A DNA stretch of 64,000 nucleotides from Monocercomonoides exilis PA203 (lineage: Eukaryota > Protista > Preaxostyla). Below, piece by piece: positions 24,839 through 37,883 of the stretch; the stretch's first letter is position 1, and every line of letters starts with the position of its first letter. The position numbers and the translations under genes were made by a program. The DNA is taken from positions 62,001 through 126,000 of the forward strand of contig LSRY02000063.1 of the NCBI GenBank assembly GCA_001643675.2, written 5' to 3'. Below the pieces are notes generated by a model, which saw only the letters and a list, made by a program, of their open reading frames with translations, searched no databases and was not told the DNA's origin.

Positions 24839-24850
24839 AAAAAAGACGCA
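24557..24850. mobile_element. MITE-like element, copy B, with an A43 expansion in the right TIR
   Basis: Shares CACTGAAAA...GACATC...GAATACAAAATC...CCGAAAAAGGTTATGATTTCAAAAA with copy A. Poly-A runs 24794-24836. Confidence 0.5.
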
Positions 24851-25480
24851 AGATGAATGAATGAGCATAGGCTTGCAAACAGCACAAACATCAGCGTTTG
24901 CAATCATTAACATTTATATTGATCATTTGAAGAATTTGAAAAGAGAATAAAATTGAAATGAAAGATCTTAAGTTGGATTATGGAAGTGAAACATAAATGC
25001 TAATTTTTGTAAAAAATACAATTTTTGACTACACTTTTTTCAAAGAAATCACTTGAGAAAAAGAGAAATCCAATTTAACCATTATTTCTGAAGGATAAAA
25101 ACAAAATTAGAAATGCTCCAAACATCAAGAAAATATGTTAAAAAATATACAAAATTATGAACAAGTTATTGAAGAAATAACGCTGTTTAAATATAGTCTG
25201 TGTACATTAAATTTCGATGAAGACTATTTGAGCATGCACCTTCAAATAAAATAGGAAAAATGCGTGTGAGAATTAAATGAATAACATTAAATTTGCCGTT
25301 CATGAAAACAGTGATAACAAAACTTATTTTTTTTAAAAAAAAAGAAAAAACATTATAAAGAGGTTTAAGACTTCAAAGAATAAAAAAAAGAAATAGGAAA
25401 ATGTTTGATATATTTTGGGTTAAAACAAAAAATCTATAACATTTTCAATAGTATTTTTACGATTGTCAAATAAAAGACAT

Positions 25481-26151
25481 TTATGAAGCTCTCTGAACAG
25501 CAATGAGTTGCATAATTTGATTTTCAAGTTCTGTAGTTTTCTGTTCAATGTATTCTCTCATTCGCTCTGCAAAACGTTCCATTTCTTCTTGAAAAGTTAT
25601 TGTATCTAAACATACACCAAATTATCTTTTCGATGATATTCATGAAATAAAAATACACACCGTAGGATCCAGAAGAAGCTTGAGAAGAAACTGCTTCAGC
25701 TTGCATTAATTGAGGTTGAGTTTGCGCTGTTAAAGAAACAGCTTCTCTTTCATTAGAAATAAAAGAAGACGCAGATTGTGTAGTACTTTTATTAATAATT
25801 GCAGTTGCAGTTGAAACAAATTTTTCTGCATCTTCAGGATTCATAAAGTTCAAGCCGAAAGTTAATCCGCTTCCAACTAAAACACTAACAAATAACTCGT
25901 TATGCTTTTGTGGTAAGTCTTTTGAAAAATATTCATTAATAACAAATGCCTGGCAAAGCAATGATCTCAACGTTAATTCAAAAAGAAAAAGATTCTAGAC
26001 AAACTTGCGATTCGTCAACCCCAATCAGGCGAAATGTGTTTTCTTCAGTATTTTGATAAATAGAAAGGCTTATATTTCCTTTTGTAACCCATTTTGAAAC
26101 ATCTAAAACGCTCCAAACGCAAAGAGCCTGAAATTTTGCTACTTCGGGCAT
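25481..26151 (-). CDS. EVH1/WH1-domain protein with C-terminal coiled coil (minimal Ena/VASP-like); 3 exons
   Basis: Spliced product reads MPEVAKFQALCVW...KWV...IYQNTEENTFRLIGVD...VINEYF...TFGLNFMNPEDAEKF (EVH1 signature), then EEMERFAERMREYIEQKTTELENQIMQLI. Two GT-AG introns. Confidence 0.75.
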
Positions 26152-26225
26152 GATCTCAAATATTAAATAACAATGGGTATTCTGATATTAAACAACTAAA
26201 GTTTGGTTATGATCAAATAGAAAAA
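26152..26225. promoter_or_regulatory. putative 74-bp bidirectional promoter
   Basis: Divergent ATGs at 26151 (-) and 26226 (+). Confidence 0.5.
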
Positions 26226-27078
26226 ATGAGCAAAGTTGAAGAAACTGGTGTAGATGAAACATATTCCCGTCAATTCGAGCCTGTCATGGTTTTACCAGAA
26301 GTTAAAATGTCGACAGGTGAAGAAGGTGAAGATTGCCTTTGGAAATGGTGTGTGATCCTAAATGTTCAAAACAAATGAGAATATATCTAATATTATTTTA
26401 TTTAATACTGTTATAAAAGTCGTGCAAAATTGCTCCGATTGTTTAAATCAGAATCAACTACAGAATGGTTCGATCAATTTTTTATTTGAACTAATTGGAT
26501 ATATTTGCTCTTCAACGAATTAGGAAAGAAAGAGGTGTTGGAGATGTCAAATTTTTAAGAAAAAGAGGAACTGAAAATGTTCGTTTGATTATGAGAAGAC
26601 AACACACTTTGAAAATCTGCCTCAATCATTACAGTTTGTACCAATATTATTTTTGATTATCTAACTTTCAATTAGTCATACCATCACTCAAGCTCCAAGC
26701 AAACTCAGGAAGTGACAAGGCATGGGTCTGGGCTGCAAGTGATTTTGATGGAGAAAAAATGACCGATGAAATATTTTGTATCCGTTTCAATTTAGTAGAA
26801 GGTTAATATTTCTCATACATTTATCAAAGTTCATTTTAATACAATTACAAAACGTTAACATTTTAGAGGCACAGAAGTTTAAGGAACTTTTTGAAAGATG
26901 CGCAAAACAAGATAAAGTTGGAGAAATTCCCGTGATGCAGGACGATAAAAAAGAAGAAAAGAAAGAAGAAAAGCCAGAAGAGAAAGCAGAAGAAAAGAAA
27001 GAGGAGAAAGCAGAAGAAAAGAAAGAAGAGAAGACAGAAGAAAAGAAAGAAGAAAAAACTGAAGAGAAAAAAGAGTAA
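26226..27078 (+). CDS. RANBP1: Ran-binding protein 1; 5 exons (introns 26348-26419, 26468-26523, 26634-26675, 26802-26866)
   Basis: Spliced product has [54 protein letters not shown] and FCIRF...AQKFKELFE, plus an EEKKEEKA repeat tail. Confidence 0.95.
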
Positions 27079-28113
27079 GTTGATTGAAAGAAACAAATTT
27101 TTCTCTTTTTAATTTAAAAGATTATCTTTAATCAATTCCATTTTTTGAAACGTCTTTTTTATAGTGTTTTAAAAATGAATTAAAATTTCTTCTTTCGACT
27201 GGAAATTTTAGAAAATAAGCTCTATCAAGACAAACGAATTATCCTATTGTATTTTCAATATTTATTTTCAACTTTAAATTGAAATGGAAAATGATTATAG
27301 TAGATATATATGAGATCTGATGAAAATAAAGTGAATATCCAAATGAATAAAAGAACACATAAATACAGAAAAAAATGATAATTTAATTAATAAATTATAA
27401 TTTTGTTTGAAAAATACAAGACAAAATCATTTCGAATAAAAAAAAGAATATCAGTCGAAAGATGGTGTTCATCCTCCAGTTTTTAAAGTCAGGAGATGAG
27501 AAAAATATTTTGCATCATTATTGACAAAAAGATAAAAATTTAAACACTTTCACCTCTAAAATTCAAATAACCTTGACACTGAACACATCATTTCATACCA
27601 TATTGTCCTTATAAAAACTGTTAAAAGTTCATAAGACTTCGAAAAAGACAGATGTCAAATCGTTCGGAAAACAAGTGTCACGTATGTTAAAATAATTTTC
27701 TTTTATTTACCATTTATATGCTTATAAAATATTATTGAATAAACAACAAAGAACAACAATCACATCGCTCTTTATTGCAAGAAAAAAATAAACAATATTA
27801 TTGTCATTTGCGGAATTTCCAATGAAAAATGAATATAGCAATTATTAGAAATGGATCAGTTTGGTTTGATGTTTGATTGCAATTTAAAAAAAATAATAAG
27901 CAAATATATAAAAAATATAGACGTACTATTTTTAAATATTTCAAAATTTTCCTTTCTTTGTTCATTCACTTTTAAATATGAAATATATCAACAGATTTTT
28001 TTTTTTAAAATTTTAAAAAAAAATCAACGCTAAAAAGTGTATAATAAAAATACATTCATCAATTGGATAAATTAAAATATATTAAAAGAATATTCAACTT
28101 ATTTAGTGAGTTA

Positions 28114-31100
28114 TCAGAAATTCAAACGAGATGGAGAAAGATATTGATCAGAAGTGGTTGCATAGTTGGAAGGACGAGTAGGAGGAGATGAAGAGAAAGG
28201 AGAAGAAAAATGTTGATTTGACGAAGAAAGAGAAGAAGAAGAAAAAGAAGAAGAAAGAGAAGAAGAAGAAGAAGAAAGAGAAGGAAAAGAAGAAGTGACA
28301 TGGGAGAAACGAGAAGGAACTCGAAACTGCAAAACGGAAGAAGAAGAAGGAGGAGAAGAAGAATTTGAAGAAGAAAAAGAAGGAGAAGGAGAAGAAAGAG
28401 AAGAAGAAGAAGATTCAGTTGAGCGTTTCAATTTTGAAGCAAAAAACCAATCAGAAAAGGAAGAGAAAGACGAAGTTATACCAGAAAGATATGGAGAAGA
28501 CAAAGAAGAAGGAGAAGAGGAAAGAGGAGAGGAAGAAAGAGAAGAAGAGGAGGAAGAAAGAGGAGAAGAAGAAAGATGAGAGGGAGAAGAAGAAAGAGAA
28601 GAAGAAAGAGAAGAAGAAAGAGAAGAAGAAAGAGGAGAAGCTTTTCCTCTGAGGAAAGGAGAAGGGAGAAGGTTTGAAGAGGCGGAGAGAGAAAGAGAAT
28701 TTTGATAGTAAAATTTGGGAGGAGTTTTTGGGATTTCATATTTTGGCATATTTGAAGAGGAAGAAGAGGAAGAAGAAGAAGAAAGAGAAGAAGAAGAAGG
28801 AGGAGGAGAAGAAAGAGAAGAAAGAGAAGAAGAAAGAGAAGAAGAGGAAGAAAGAGGAGAAGAAGAAGAAGATGATGATATTGTTTGTTCAGAAGAAGAA
28901 TTCAAAGAAGAAGGAGAAGAAAAACGAGAAGGGCGACGAGGATGAGGGGGAGACAAAGAAGAAGAAGAAGAAGAAGAAGAAGAAGAAAGAGAAGAAAGAG
29001 AAGAAAGAGAAGAAAGAGGAGGAGGAGGAGAAGAAGAATTTGAAGAAGAAGAATTCAAAGAAGAAATAGAAGAAGAAATATTATTATCCATATTATCCAT
29101 ATTATTTCTTCCTTTTCCTTCTTTCCATTCTCTTTCATTGGAAATTTTCTTCATTTCTGTTTGTTTGTGTGGCTGATTCGTTTGAAGAGGCGAAAAAAGC
29201 GAAGAAGTAAATTTTGAGCTGTTTTGATGGGGACGAAAGGGAGAACGAGAGAAGGAGGATGAATGAGAGAGAGAGGGAGAAGAAGAAGAGGAAGGAGAGG
29301 AAGAAGGAGAGGAGGAAGGAGAAGAAGAAGGAGAAGAAGAAGGAGAAGAAGGAGAAGAGGAGGAAAAAGATGAATGAGAGGAATAAGGAGAAGATGATGA
29401 AGAAATAGAAGAAGATGTTGATGATGATTGAAAACGAGAAGAAACTGGTGACAAAGAAGGAGATGAGGAAGATGAGGAAGAGGAGGAGGAGAAAGAAGAA
29501 GATAAAGAAGATAAAGATGCCGAAAGCGAAGACGAAAACAAACGCGAAGCGAAACTTTTGCCGGCAGCTGTATTTTGTATTTGGGAAGGAGAAACATTCG
29601 AATTTTGGGTCTCTGCGGAATTGCTGAGTTGCGGAATTTTTTGCCAGCCGTTTTGTTTGTTGTCACTTTTGATCGATTTAGCTGTGTTATTGTCCGTTTC
29701 ATTCATTGTTCTGTTTGTCTTCATTGTTTTTCCTTTTAAAATGGAATGTTCTCTTTCTCTTTCTCTCTCTTTCTCTTTTTCTCTTTCTCTTTCTCTTTCT
29801 TTTCCCTTCTCCAACTGCTGTTGATATTGCTGAATGAATGAAAAAGACTCATTTTCTGTGTTTTGCTCTGTCTTTCTGTGGGCAAAAGGAAGAGAAGAAG
29901 AAGAAGAAGAAGAAGAATTTGTGTTAACTTTGTTGAAAATGAAGGAAATTGCTTTGTTTGTATCATTGTTTGAAACACTCTTTGGAGAAGAAGAGGAAGA
30001 TGAAAGAGAAGAGGAAAGAAATGAGGTGGAGGGAGAAGAAGAAGAAGAAGAAATTGCATTCAATTTTGAGTGTGTTTCATGAATAGATGAAGGAGGAGGC
30101 GGAGGAGGAGGAATAAAATATTTGTAGAAGGGAGGGCGAGAGAAAGGAATATTGTTGACAGAAGAAGAAGAAGAAGAAGAAGAAGAGGAAGAGGAAGAGG
30201 AAGAAGAAGAAGAAGATGATGATAAAGAAGGAGAAGGAGAAGGAAAAGAAGAAGAAGAAGAACGAGAAGAGAGAAAGGATCTTAATATTTCAATGTTTGT
30301 TTTCTCATTCGCTTTCTTTTCCTCGTTTTCGCTTTCTTCATCAATTTTCCTTCTTTTCAATGAGCTTCTATGAAATGAAGGAGAAGGAGAAGGAGATGAA
30401 GAAGGAGATGAAGAAGAAGAGGAAGAAGAGAAAGAGGAAGAAGAAGAAGAAGAAGTGCTTTTCATTTCGATTTGGCTAAGGTTTCTTCTTCTTCTTCTTC
30501 TCTTTCTCTTTTTGCCCTTTCTTCTGTATGAATATTCTGTGTAATCATCATCATCTTCATCATCTTCTTCTTCTGTTGTCAAATTTTCGTCTTCTTCTTC
30601 TTCTTCTTCCTCTCCTTCTTTCTCTCTCTCTTTCATTTTAGCTTTTTCTCTTGCTTTTTCTTTGACTTTTTCATTGAATTCTTTCAACGCCTTCATTTTC
30701 TTCATCCTCTTCTCTTCTTCCTTCCTTTCTCTTTCTCTTTCTCTTTCTCTTTCTTCTTCTTCATTTTCTTCATCTGTGAAATAATCTTCCAATTCTTCTT
30801 CTTCTCCCTCTCTTCTTTTTATCTTCCTCATTTCATCTTTTTCATCATCCCATAATTCTTCTTTCTCTTTCTCTTTCTCTTTCTCTTTCTCTTTCTCTTT
30901 CTCTCTTCCCTCTTCCTTCTCCTCTTTCTCTTCTCCTTTCTCTCTTCTTTCTCCTTCTCCTTCATCATTAACGTCAACATCTTCTCCTTCTCCTTCTCCT
31001 TCTTCTTCTTCCTTCTCTTCTTCTTCTTCTTCCTCTTCCTCTTCTTCCTCATCCAATCTGACTCTTCTCTTCTTCTTCGGTGCTCGATACAACTTCACAC

Positions 31101-34100
31101 TCACAAATCCTGCTAATCCTTCTTGTTTGTTTATTCCTCCTCTTTCTCTTTCTCCTCTTTCTCCTCTTTCTCTTCTTTCTTCTTCTTCTTCTTCTTCTTC
31201 TTCTTTTCTTTCTCCTTTCTCTCTTTCTCTTTCTCTTTCTCTTTCTCCTTCTCTTCCATTATTTCCTATCAAATATTCATTTTGCGCATTTTGTGTGTTT
31301 TGTGTGTCTTTCAAAGAAGACATTTCATTTGCATCGAATTCTTCTGAAGTTTCATCAAACAAATCATCATCATCTTCCAATGGAGTTAAACTAAATGAAG
31401 AAGAAAGAGAAGAAGAAGAAGAAGAAAATGAGGAAGAGGAAGAGGAAGAAGAGGAAGAAGAAAGAGAAGAAGAAGAAGAAGAAGAAGAAGAAACAGTTTG
31501 TGTGGTGAATACAGAAGGTGAATTGGAAGAAAAAGACATACTTTTTTGAGATGAAGAGGAAAGAGAAGAAAGAGAAGAAGAAGAAGAAGAGGAGGAGGAG
31601 GAAGAAGATGATGAAGGAGAAAGAGAAGAAGGAGAAGAAGAAGGAGAAAGAGAAGAAGAAGGTTTTGTAAGAATATTTGTGGATGTGCTGATGTTATCAG
31701 CTGAAGGAGCAATTGAAGAGGAAGAGGAAGATGAAAGGGAAACAGAAGAATTTTGTAGATTTGATGTGATTGGAGAAAGAGAAGAGGAAAGAGAAGAAGA
31801 GGAAGAAGAAGAAGAGGAAGAGGAAGAGGAAGAAGATGAAATGTTGAGTTGAAGTGAGTATTGAGCAGAAAGAGAAGCATTTGAAGAGGAAGAAGACAAT
31901 TGTGATGATGATAATGTTGATGTTAATGAAGATGTTTGAGGAAGAGAAGGAGAAAGAGGAGAAAGAAAGGAAGAAGGAAAGGAAGAGGAAGAGGAAGAAG
32001 AAGAAGAAGAAGAAGATATTTCTGTGTTTGAGGATGAATGTGAATCAACAATCATGTTTTTATCATCATTTGCTTTTGTTTGGACTTGAAACTCATTCAT
32101 AAGAGAAGAGGAAGAAGAAGAAGAAGAAGAGGAGGAGGAGGAAGAAGAAGATAAAGAAATATTCGAATTCTCATCAGCATCATCAGAATTTTTCATCTCA
32201 ATTTTTTTATCCAAAACTTGTAACATTTCAATTTTTATTCCGTTTTCTTCCTTTTTCATTGTTTTTTCTTCGATTTGCGTGTCCAACTGCTTCTTCAACA
32301 GCTTATTCATCTCTTCATCAGCATCATCAGCATCATCATTTTCTTCATGATTGTAATTAGAAAATTTGTTGATATTTAATTCTGTGTTGTTTTCCTCTTC
32401 TTTCTTCACATCTTCTTCCTCTTCCTCTTCCTCTCCTTCCTTCTTCCCCCTCTTCTTCTCTTCCTCTTCCTCTTCTTCCTCTTCTTTCTCCTCTTTATCT
32501 TTCTTCTTCTCTCCTTCTTCTTCTTCTTCTCCTTCTCCTTCTCTCTTTCTCTCTCTCCTTCCTTCCTCTGCTGTTTCTTCACTTGTGCTGTCATCTGCCA
32601 GCAGCTCTAACAAAACAGCTGTTCCATTCCGTTTCGTTCCATTTTTCTGTCTCATCCTCCTCCTCCTCCTCCTTCTCTTTACAACCACACCATCTGCTAA
32701 TGAAATCTCCTTCTCTTCTTTCTCTTTCTCTTTCTCTTTATTGTCATTGTCTTCATCACTAACGTTTATGTTATCTTCATTGTCATCATAAATATCTTCT
32801 CTTTCTTCTTCTCCTCCTTCTTCTCCTTCTCCTTCTCCTCCTTCTTCCTCTTCCTCGTCATTCACATCCTCCACAACCATCTTATTCTTATTCACTCCAT
32901 TTCCTCCAAAAACATTCAAAATATTCGAAGAATTCGAAGAATGAGCCAAATTCCCAGCCAAACCAGCTGCTCCGCTGTTCTTTCTTGGCCTTCCTGGCCC
33001 TCTTCGTATTTTGTCTGCCATTCCGTTTCCTCCTCCTCCTCCTCCTTTTTCTTCTTTTTTGCTACTTGAATTATCTCGAATTATAATCACTTCTGTTTTC
33101 ATATTCTCTTTTTTCCTTTCTTTCACTTCTCTTCCTTCTCTCCCTTCTCTCCCTTCTTTTCCTTCACTTCCTTCCTTTCTATCATTTATTCCACTTTGCA
33201 TTCCATTTCCTCTTTCTCCCTTTCCCATCATCATCATCACATTCGCATTCGCATTCGCATTCGCATTCATTGCCATCATCGTCTTCATTTGAAGTTGCTG
33301 AGAATTCTGAGCGTTTTGCTTCATCATCCCCTTCTCTCTCATTCTGCTGTTTTCCTCTTTCGCTTCACTTCCTCTGCGAAAAGGCGAGTCAATTCTTCTT
33401 TTCTGCTCAGCCGTGCCACGCTGCCTGTTTGTTCTGTCTGAAGGAGAACGAACAGAAAGAGAATGGCGCATCGAATGAGAAGAAGAAGAAGAAGAAGAAG
33501 AAGAAGAAGAAGAAGAGGAGGAGGAGGAGGAAAAGGAAGAAGAGGACGGAGAATAAGAAGCAGCTGCAATAAAAGGTTGATATATTCCTGTTGATAAGTC
33601 ATAAATTGTCTGAATCGAAGAAGAAGGAGAAGAAGAAGCAGAAGAAGCAGAAGAAGAATAAAACCCGTTTTTTGCCTCATTCACATACGGCGACGACACT
33701 CTTCTTCTTCTTCCATCCAGCAGCTCCTTCTCCCTCTCCCTCTCCTTCTCCCTCTCTTTCTCTCTTTCTCTCTCTTGCTCCTTCGATATGCGTGGCCAGG
33801 GCGTCCAGCTAAGCAGAGCAGGGTTGATCCATCTCTTCTTCTTCCCTTCTGCTGCCTTCAGCTCAGCCTCAATTATCTGCCTCATCTCTGCATACGTCTG
33901 CGCGGCGGAACTACAAGAAAAAGAGGAGGAGGAGGAGGAGGAGGAGGAAGAGGAGGAAGAGGAGGAGGAAGAAGAATTGAAAGAGGAGGATGAAGATGAA
34001 CTACGGACTGCTGTTCCTGTTCCCCATTGCTTAGTTCTTCTTCTTCTTTTGATTGGCGTATTTTGGGCACAAATGGAAGGGGAAGGGGAAGGAGAAGGTG

Positions 34101-36102
34101 ATGGTGAAGGAGAATGAGAAGGAGAAGCGAATGGAGGAGAAAGAGGAGCAGATGCAGAGGGGGAAGGAGAAGGAGAAGGAGAAGGAGATGATGCTGTTGA
34201 TGAGGCTGGCTCTGAGCTTTTAACAGAAGTGTTTGAATTCTTATTGCTTTCCATTGCTTCTTCATCATTGCCACCAGCAGTGTCATTCTCTCTTTCAATT
34301 ATTTTGACTTCTTTGTCTTCTCCTTCACCTTCTTCTCCTTCTTCTCTGTTGCGTTCTTCATTCAATCCATTTTGCTGATTGCTTTTCACTTCCTGTTCGT
34401 CTGCCTCCTCTTCTTCGTGCTCCAAACGCAGTTTTGTCTTCTTCTTTACCGTTTTTGTTGGTTTTGGCAGTTTTTTCTTTGATATTTCTGTCACTTCTGA
34501 GCTGATCGAAGGAGTATTTTGAGTAATTTCTGATGCCACTGAACTTGTTGATGAAGCCAAAGAAGAAGAAGAAGAAGAAGTTGATGTTGATGAAGTGTTA
34601 TCTGCTTGAACATCCTCCATATTCAATGCGCTTCCATTCATTTTCATCTTCTCGTTCTGTTTCTGCTGTCCTTTCATCACCTGCTGCTCTCCACTCTGCT
34701 TCTGCAGATGGCTGCTGCTCTTCTGACTCTGCACCCTCCCCTTCCCTGTCACACCCGAATGTCCATTTGAATGTCCCCCCGAATGTCCCCCCGAATGTCC
34801 CCCAGCTCCTTCTCTCCCTGTTCCCTTCTCGTGCCGCTCAGCCCCTCCGCCCAGCAGCCCCATCCCCCTCAGCACCCACACGGCATCGTCTGGCAGAATG
34901 CCTGCTGCGTGCGCCATGTTCCGGATGGTCATCCTTCGCTCCTTCAGGTCGTGTGCCAGCAGCGGCAGCAGGCGGTGCTTCCAGAAGGAAAGGAACGTGA
35001 TGCGCCCGAGGTCGGACAGCGGGCGCTCGGGTGTCTGGATCACTCCTTCCCTCCGCTGCAGCTCGTAGCACAGCGACACCAGCATCTGCCCGTACCCTTT
35101 CTTCTGGTACGGCGGCAGCGTCGCAATGCACGCGAGGTTGTAGTCTGACTTCATCCGCTTGTCTTTCGAGAAATACGCAGCAATGTGGCAGCCCAGCGCA
35201 TCCACCTCGCACAGAACATAGTACGCAAACCACTCCACATCAAAGAACAGCGACTTGTGGTCCAGAAAGAGCTTTCCCAGCAGACACAAGTTCTGACAGT
35301 ACGTCGGCTCTTCGTTTCCTTGCACCTCAAATATGGAGATATCCCCTTCTCTGTAGATCTCCTTCCCGGGTGGTGCTCTATACGGGCAAGTCGCAACATG
35401 TCTTTTAAAATTGCTAGCAAATCGAAACTCTCTCAAGCAATATTCACATATGTATAATTCACGTACAATTCCATATTCCACAGGATAAGGACTTCTATAC
35501 CAGCACGCTATTTCATTTCTTCCCAACACAATCCACTCAATGTTCTTTACTCCGTCCACATCTTCAATTTTCTCCGATAACGGTCCTAAAAAAGGATCAA
35601 GCGCATCTACTATTCCTCCCACAGCTTCGTCTTCGTGGTGTCGTTTCTGAAGTCGTGTTTTAAGCGCTCCCTATGCAAATAATTCGAAAAGAATTCAAAA
35701 ATGAACATGATTGAGAGTCTGAATAATAAAAATCATCCATTCCAAACATCATCAAAATTTGTTTCATGGGGAGGCAGGCGAACAGAATCCTGGGCTGCCC
35801 AGATGTCATGTCGCTTATCGGCTTCGAGAAATTGCAAAAAATCATATTTGTCAAAAAATACACATATTATTTTTAAGTATAATTCACAGCAAACTATCTT
35901 TAAAGTGTAGGTAATATTCGTAAACGTTTTTCATCACTTCTCTCCTTTGAACAATTGTTGCTAATCCTAAATATAATAATTATAATTACGCAACAATTCA
36001 ATTAAAGAGATATCAAAAAAACATATAAAGCATACTATCTGGAAGCCCTAGTTCTGAATACATCACTATAACACCCTCGTCGAAAACTTTCTGTTTAAAC
36101 AT
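28114..36102 (-). CDS. MYST-family histone acetyltransferase (Esa1/Tip60/MOF-like) with a very long low-complexity tail; 4 exons
   Basis: ATG at 36102. Three 5' introns yield a chromo-barrel (EYYLHFKDTDKRHDIW). Then WYRSPYP, C2HC finger (CEYC...H...C), FLDHKSL, YNLACI..LPPYQKKGYG and TPERPLSDLG, plus an AT-hook (RGPGRPRK) in the tail. Confidence 0.93.
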
Positions 36103-36421
36103 TATTAATTCTAAAAATTGTTATCAAATTTTTAAAATACAAAAAATAATGGTTATTTTTTCAAATTTTTTTTTCTTTAATATTATCTTTTTCTTTTTTC
36201 TTTTTTTCTTTTTTTCCCAAATAATATGTTGAATAGATATTATTATTTTTGATGACCTCTTGAAAGACGTTAAAAACGAAATGAAAGTTGGTTGATAACC
36301 CGAGGAAAAGAAGACAACTCTGGAAATTCACTTTTTGAACGCCACCTTTATGTTTTGTAATGAAAAAACTTAAAGAAAGATTATTCATTCACAGATTTGT
36401 ATCTTTTCTTTATTCATCAGT

Positions 36422-36870
36422 ATGGAGATAGAATACACAAGACAGTTGAGATTCCAACAAATAGGACAAAAAGAAGATTTCAGAGCATCAGATGTATTTG
36501 AAGCAGGATTTGTTTCAAAAAGTGCATGTCACCAAGCTGTTGAGGTGAAAATTGAACATAGAGACGTCGGAATAAATGGAAGACCCTCGAAAATCAGAAA
36601 AAAGTATCGCTATGGAATATCAATACAAGGAAAAAATGGTTTTCACCATCTCAAACGAACAACTGCAAAGAAATGAACAAATGCAATTTGAATTTTTTAT
36701 TTCAAATATTTAATTATTTTTTATTATTAATAGGCAAGTTTAATTTATTCTTCACAAAAGAACGAAAGTGGAAATGGAAAGGCTGTGAACAAAAAGTGGG
36801 GACATTCTTTTATTTCCATAATTGAAGGATCTTCATTAAAAAAGCTTGCAAAACTTCCAACAAATTAAAA
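36422..36870 (+). pseudogene. truncated N-terminal relic of a pogo-like transposase
   Basis: FVSKSACHQAVEVKIEHRDVGINGRPSKI resembles LISNGAWERGIAAMKANREVGKIGRPSII of the element at 57 kb. No DDE domain follows. Confidence 0.45.
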
Positions 36871-37622
36871 AGAACACTGAACAAAGCTCGTTTTGTGTCA
36901 TTTTTTTGAAGAGTTGGTAGAATTATTTAAAAAGAAAAAACATATTCCACAATTAATATCAACTAGTAATGAAATATTAGTCAAATGGGCATTTTACTAG
37001 TTAACAATGGTTATTTCTCAGCCTGATTTCCCCAGTCAGATTTCTCAAGAAGCACCACTTCCTCCATCTATTTCCTTGCTAAAACTTATTTCTGCTTTCG
37101 GGGAACATCGTAAAACTTCTGTGATCAGTCATTCCGCATTTCTTTCTCACGAATATGTGCGAGCCAACTCCGATAACTTCGTTTTCAAAGATGCAACAAC
37201 AAAAGAAATAATTTTTTGTTCATAATTGCATTATTTGTTCAATTTTGAAATAATTAATTCCTTAGATAGAAGGAAAAAATAAATGAAATTGTACAACTTT
37301 CAATCACGCTTCTATTTGGATAGAACCACAACATATTCAAACAAATATATCAGAGAGCAAACAAAGGAAAAAAGATTGATATTGCGTTACCTCATTCGCA
37401 CACCATGCACATCGTATTTTTTCTGGATAAATACGTTAATTCTTTTTCAGTTGAAACAGCATACAATCGCATCGGGTTTTCACATTTTTTGCAACTAAAT
37501 CCGATTGTGAAAATACGAGATTTCTCTTGTCATAGACAAAAAATAAAAAAGACTTTTTTGTTGATAAATTTTTGTCCTATTTTTCATTCATTTTCCATCA
37601 CATATTATCACAGGGCAAAGAA

Positions 37623-37883
37623 TGAGTAAATAATTTTTGATATCTCATTTTTTTTCTTCCAAAAATTGCGGTTCGAAATTTCATGTTAAGAATTGATGAT
37701 TAAACACTGAAAAATCATCACGTCATTAACGGAAAAATTTTCATGTATTCTTTTTTAGCATCGGTTTTTTGAAACAATAATGATGCAAGAAACATTTGAA
37801 TGAGAAACTTCGAACTTTAAGATAAAAACCTTTGAAAAATAAACATTCCGAAAAAAGTTGTGATTTCAAAAAAAAATCACCCA
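37623..37883. mobile_element. MITE-like ~260-bp element, copy C
   Basis: Left end TGAGTAAATAATTTTTGA...CAAAAATTGCGGTTCGAA and right end CCGAAAAAAGTTGTGATTTCAAAAAAAAATCACCCA match copy A. Confidence 0.55.

Noticed and set aside
28295-34298. Many poly-E/K/L/F ORFs
   Set aside because: Alternative frames of (GAA/TCT)n tracts inside the MYST CDS.
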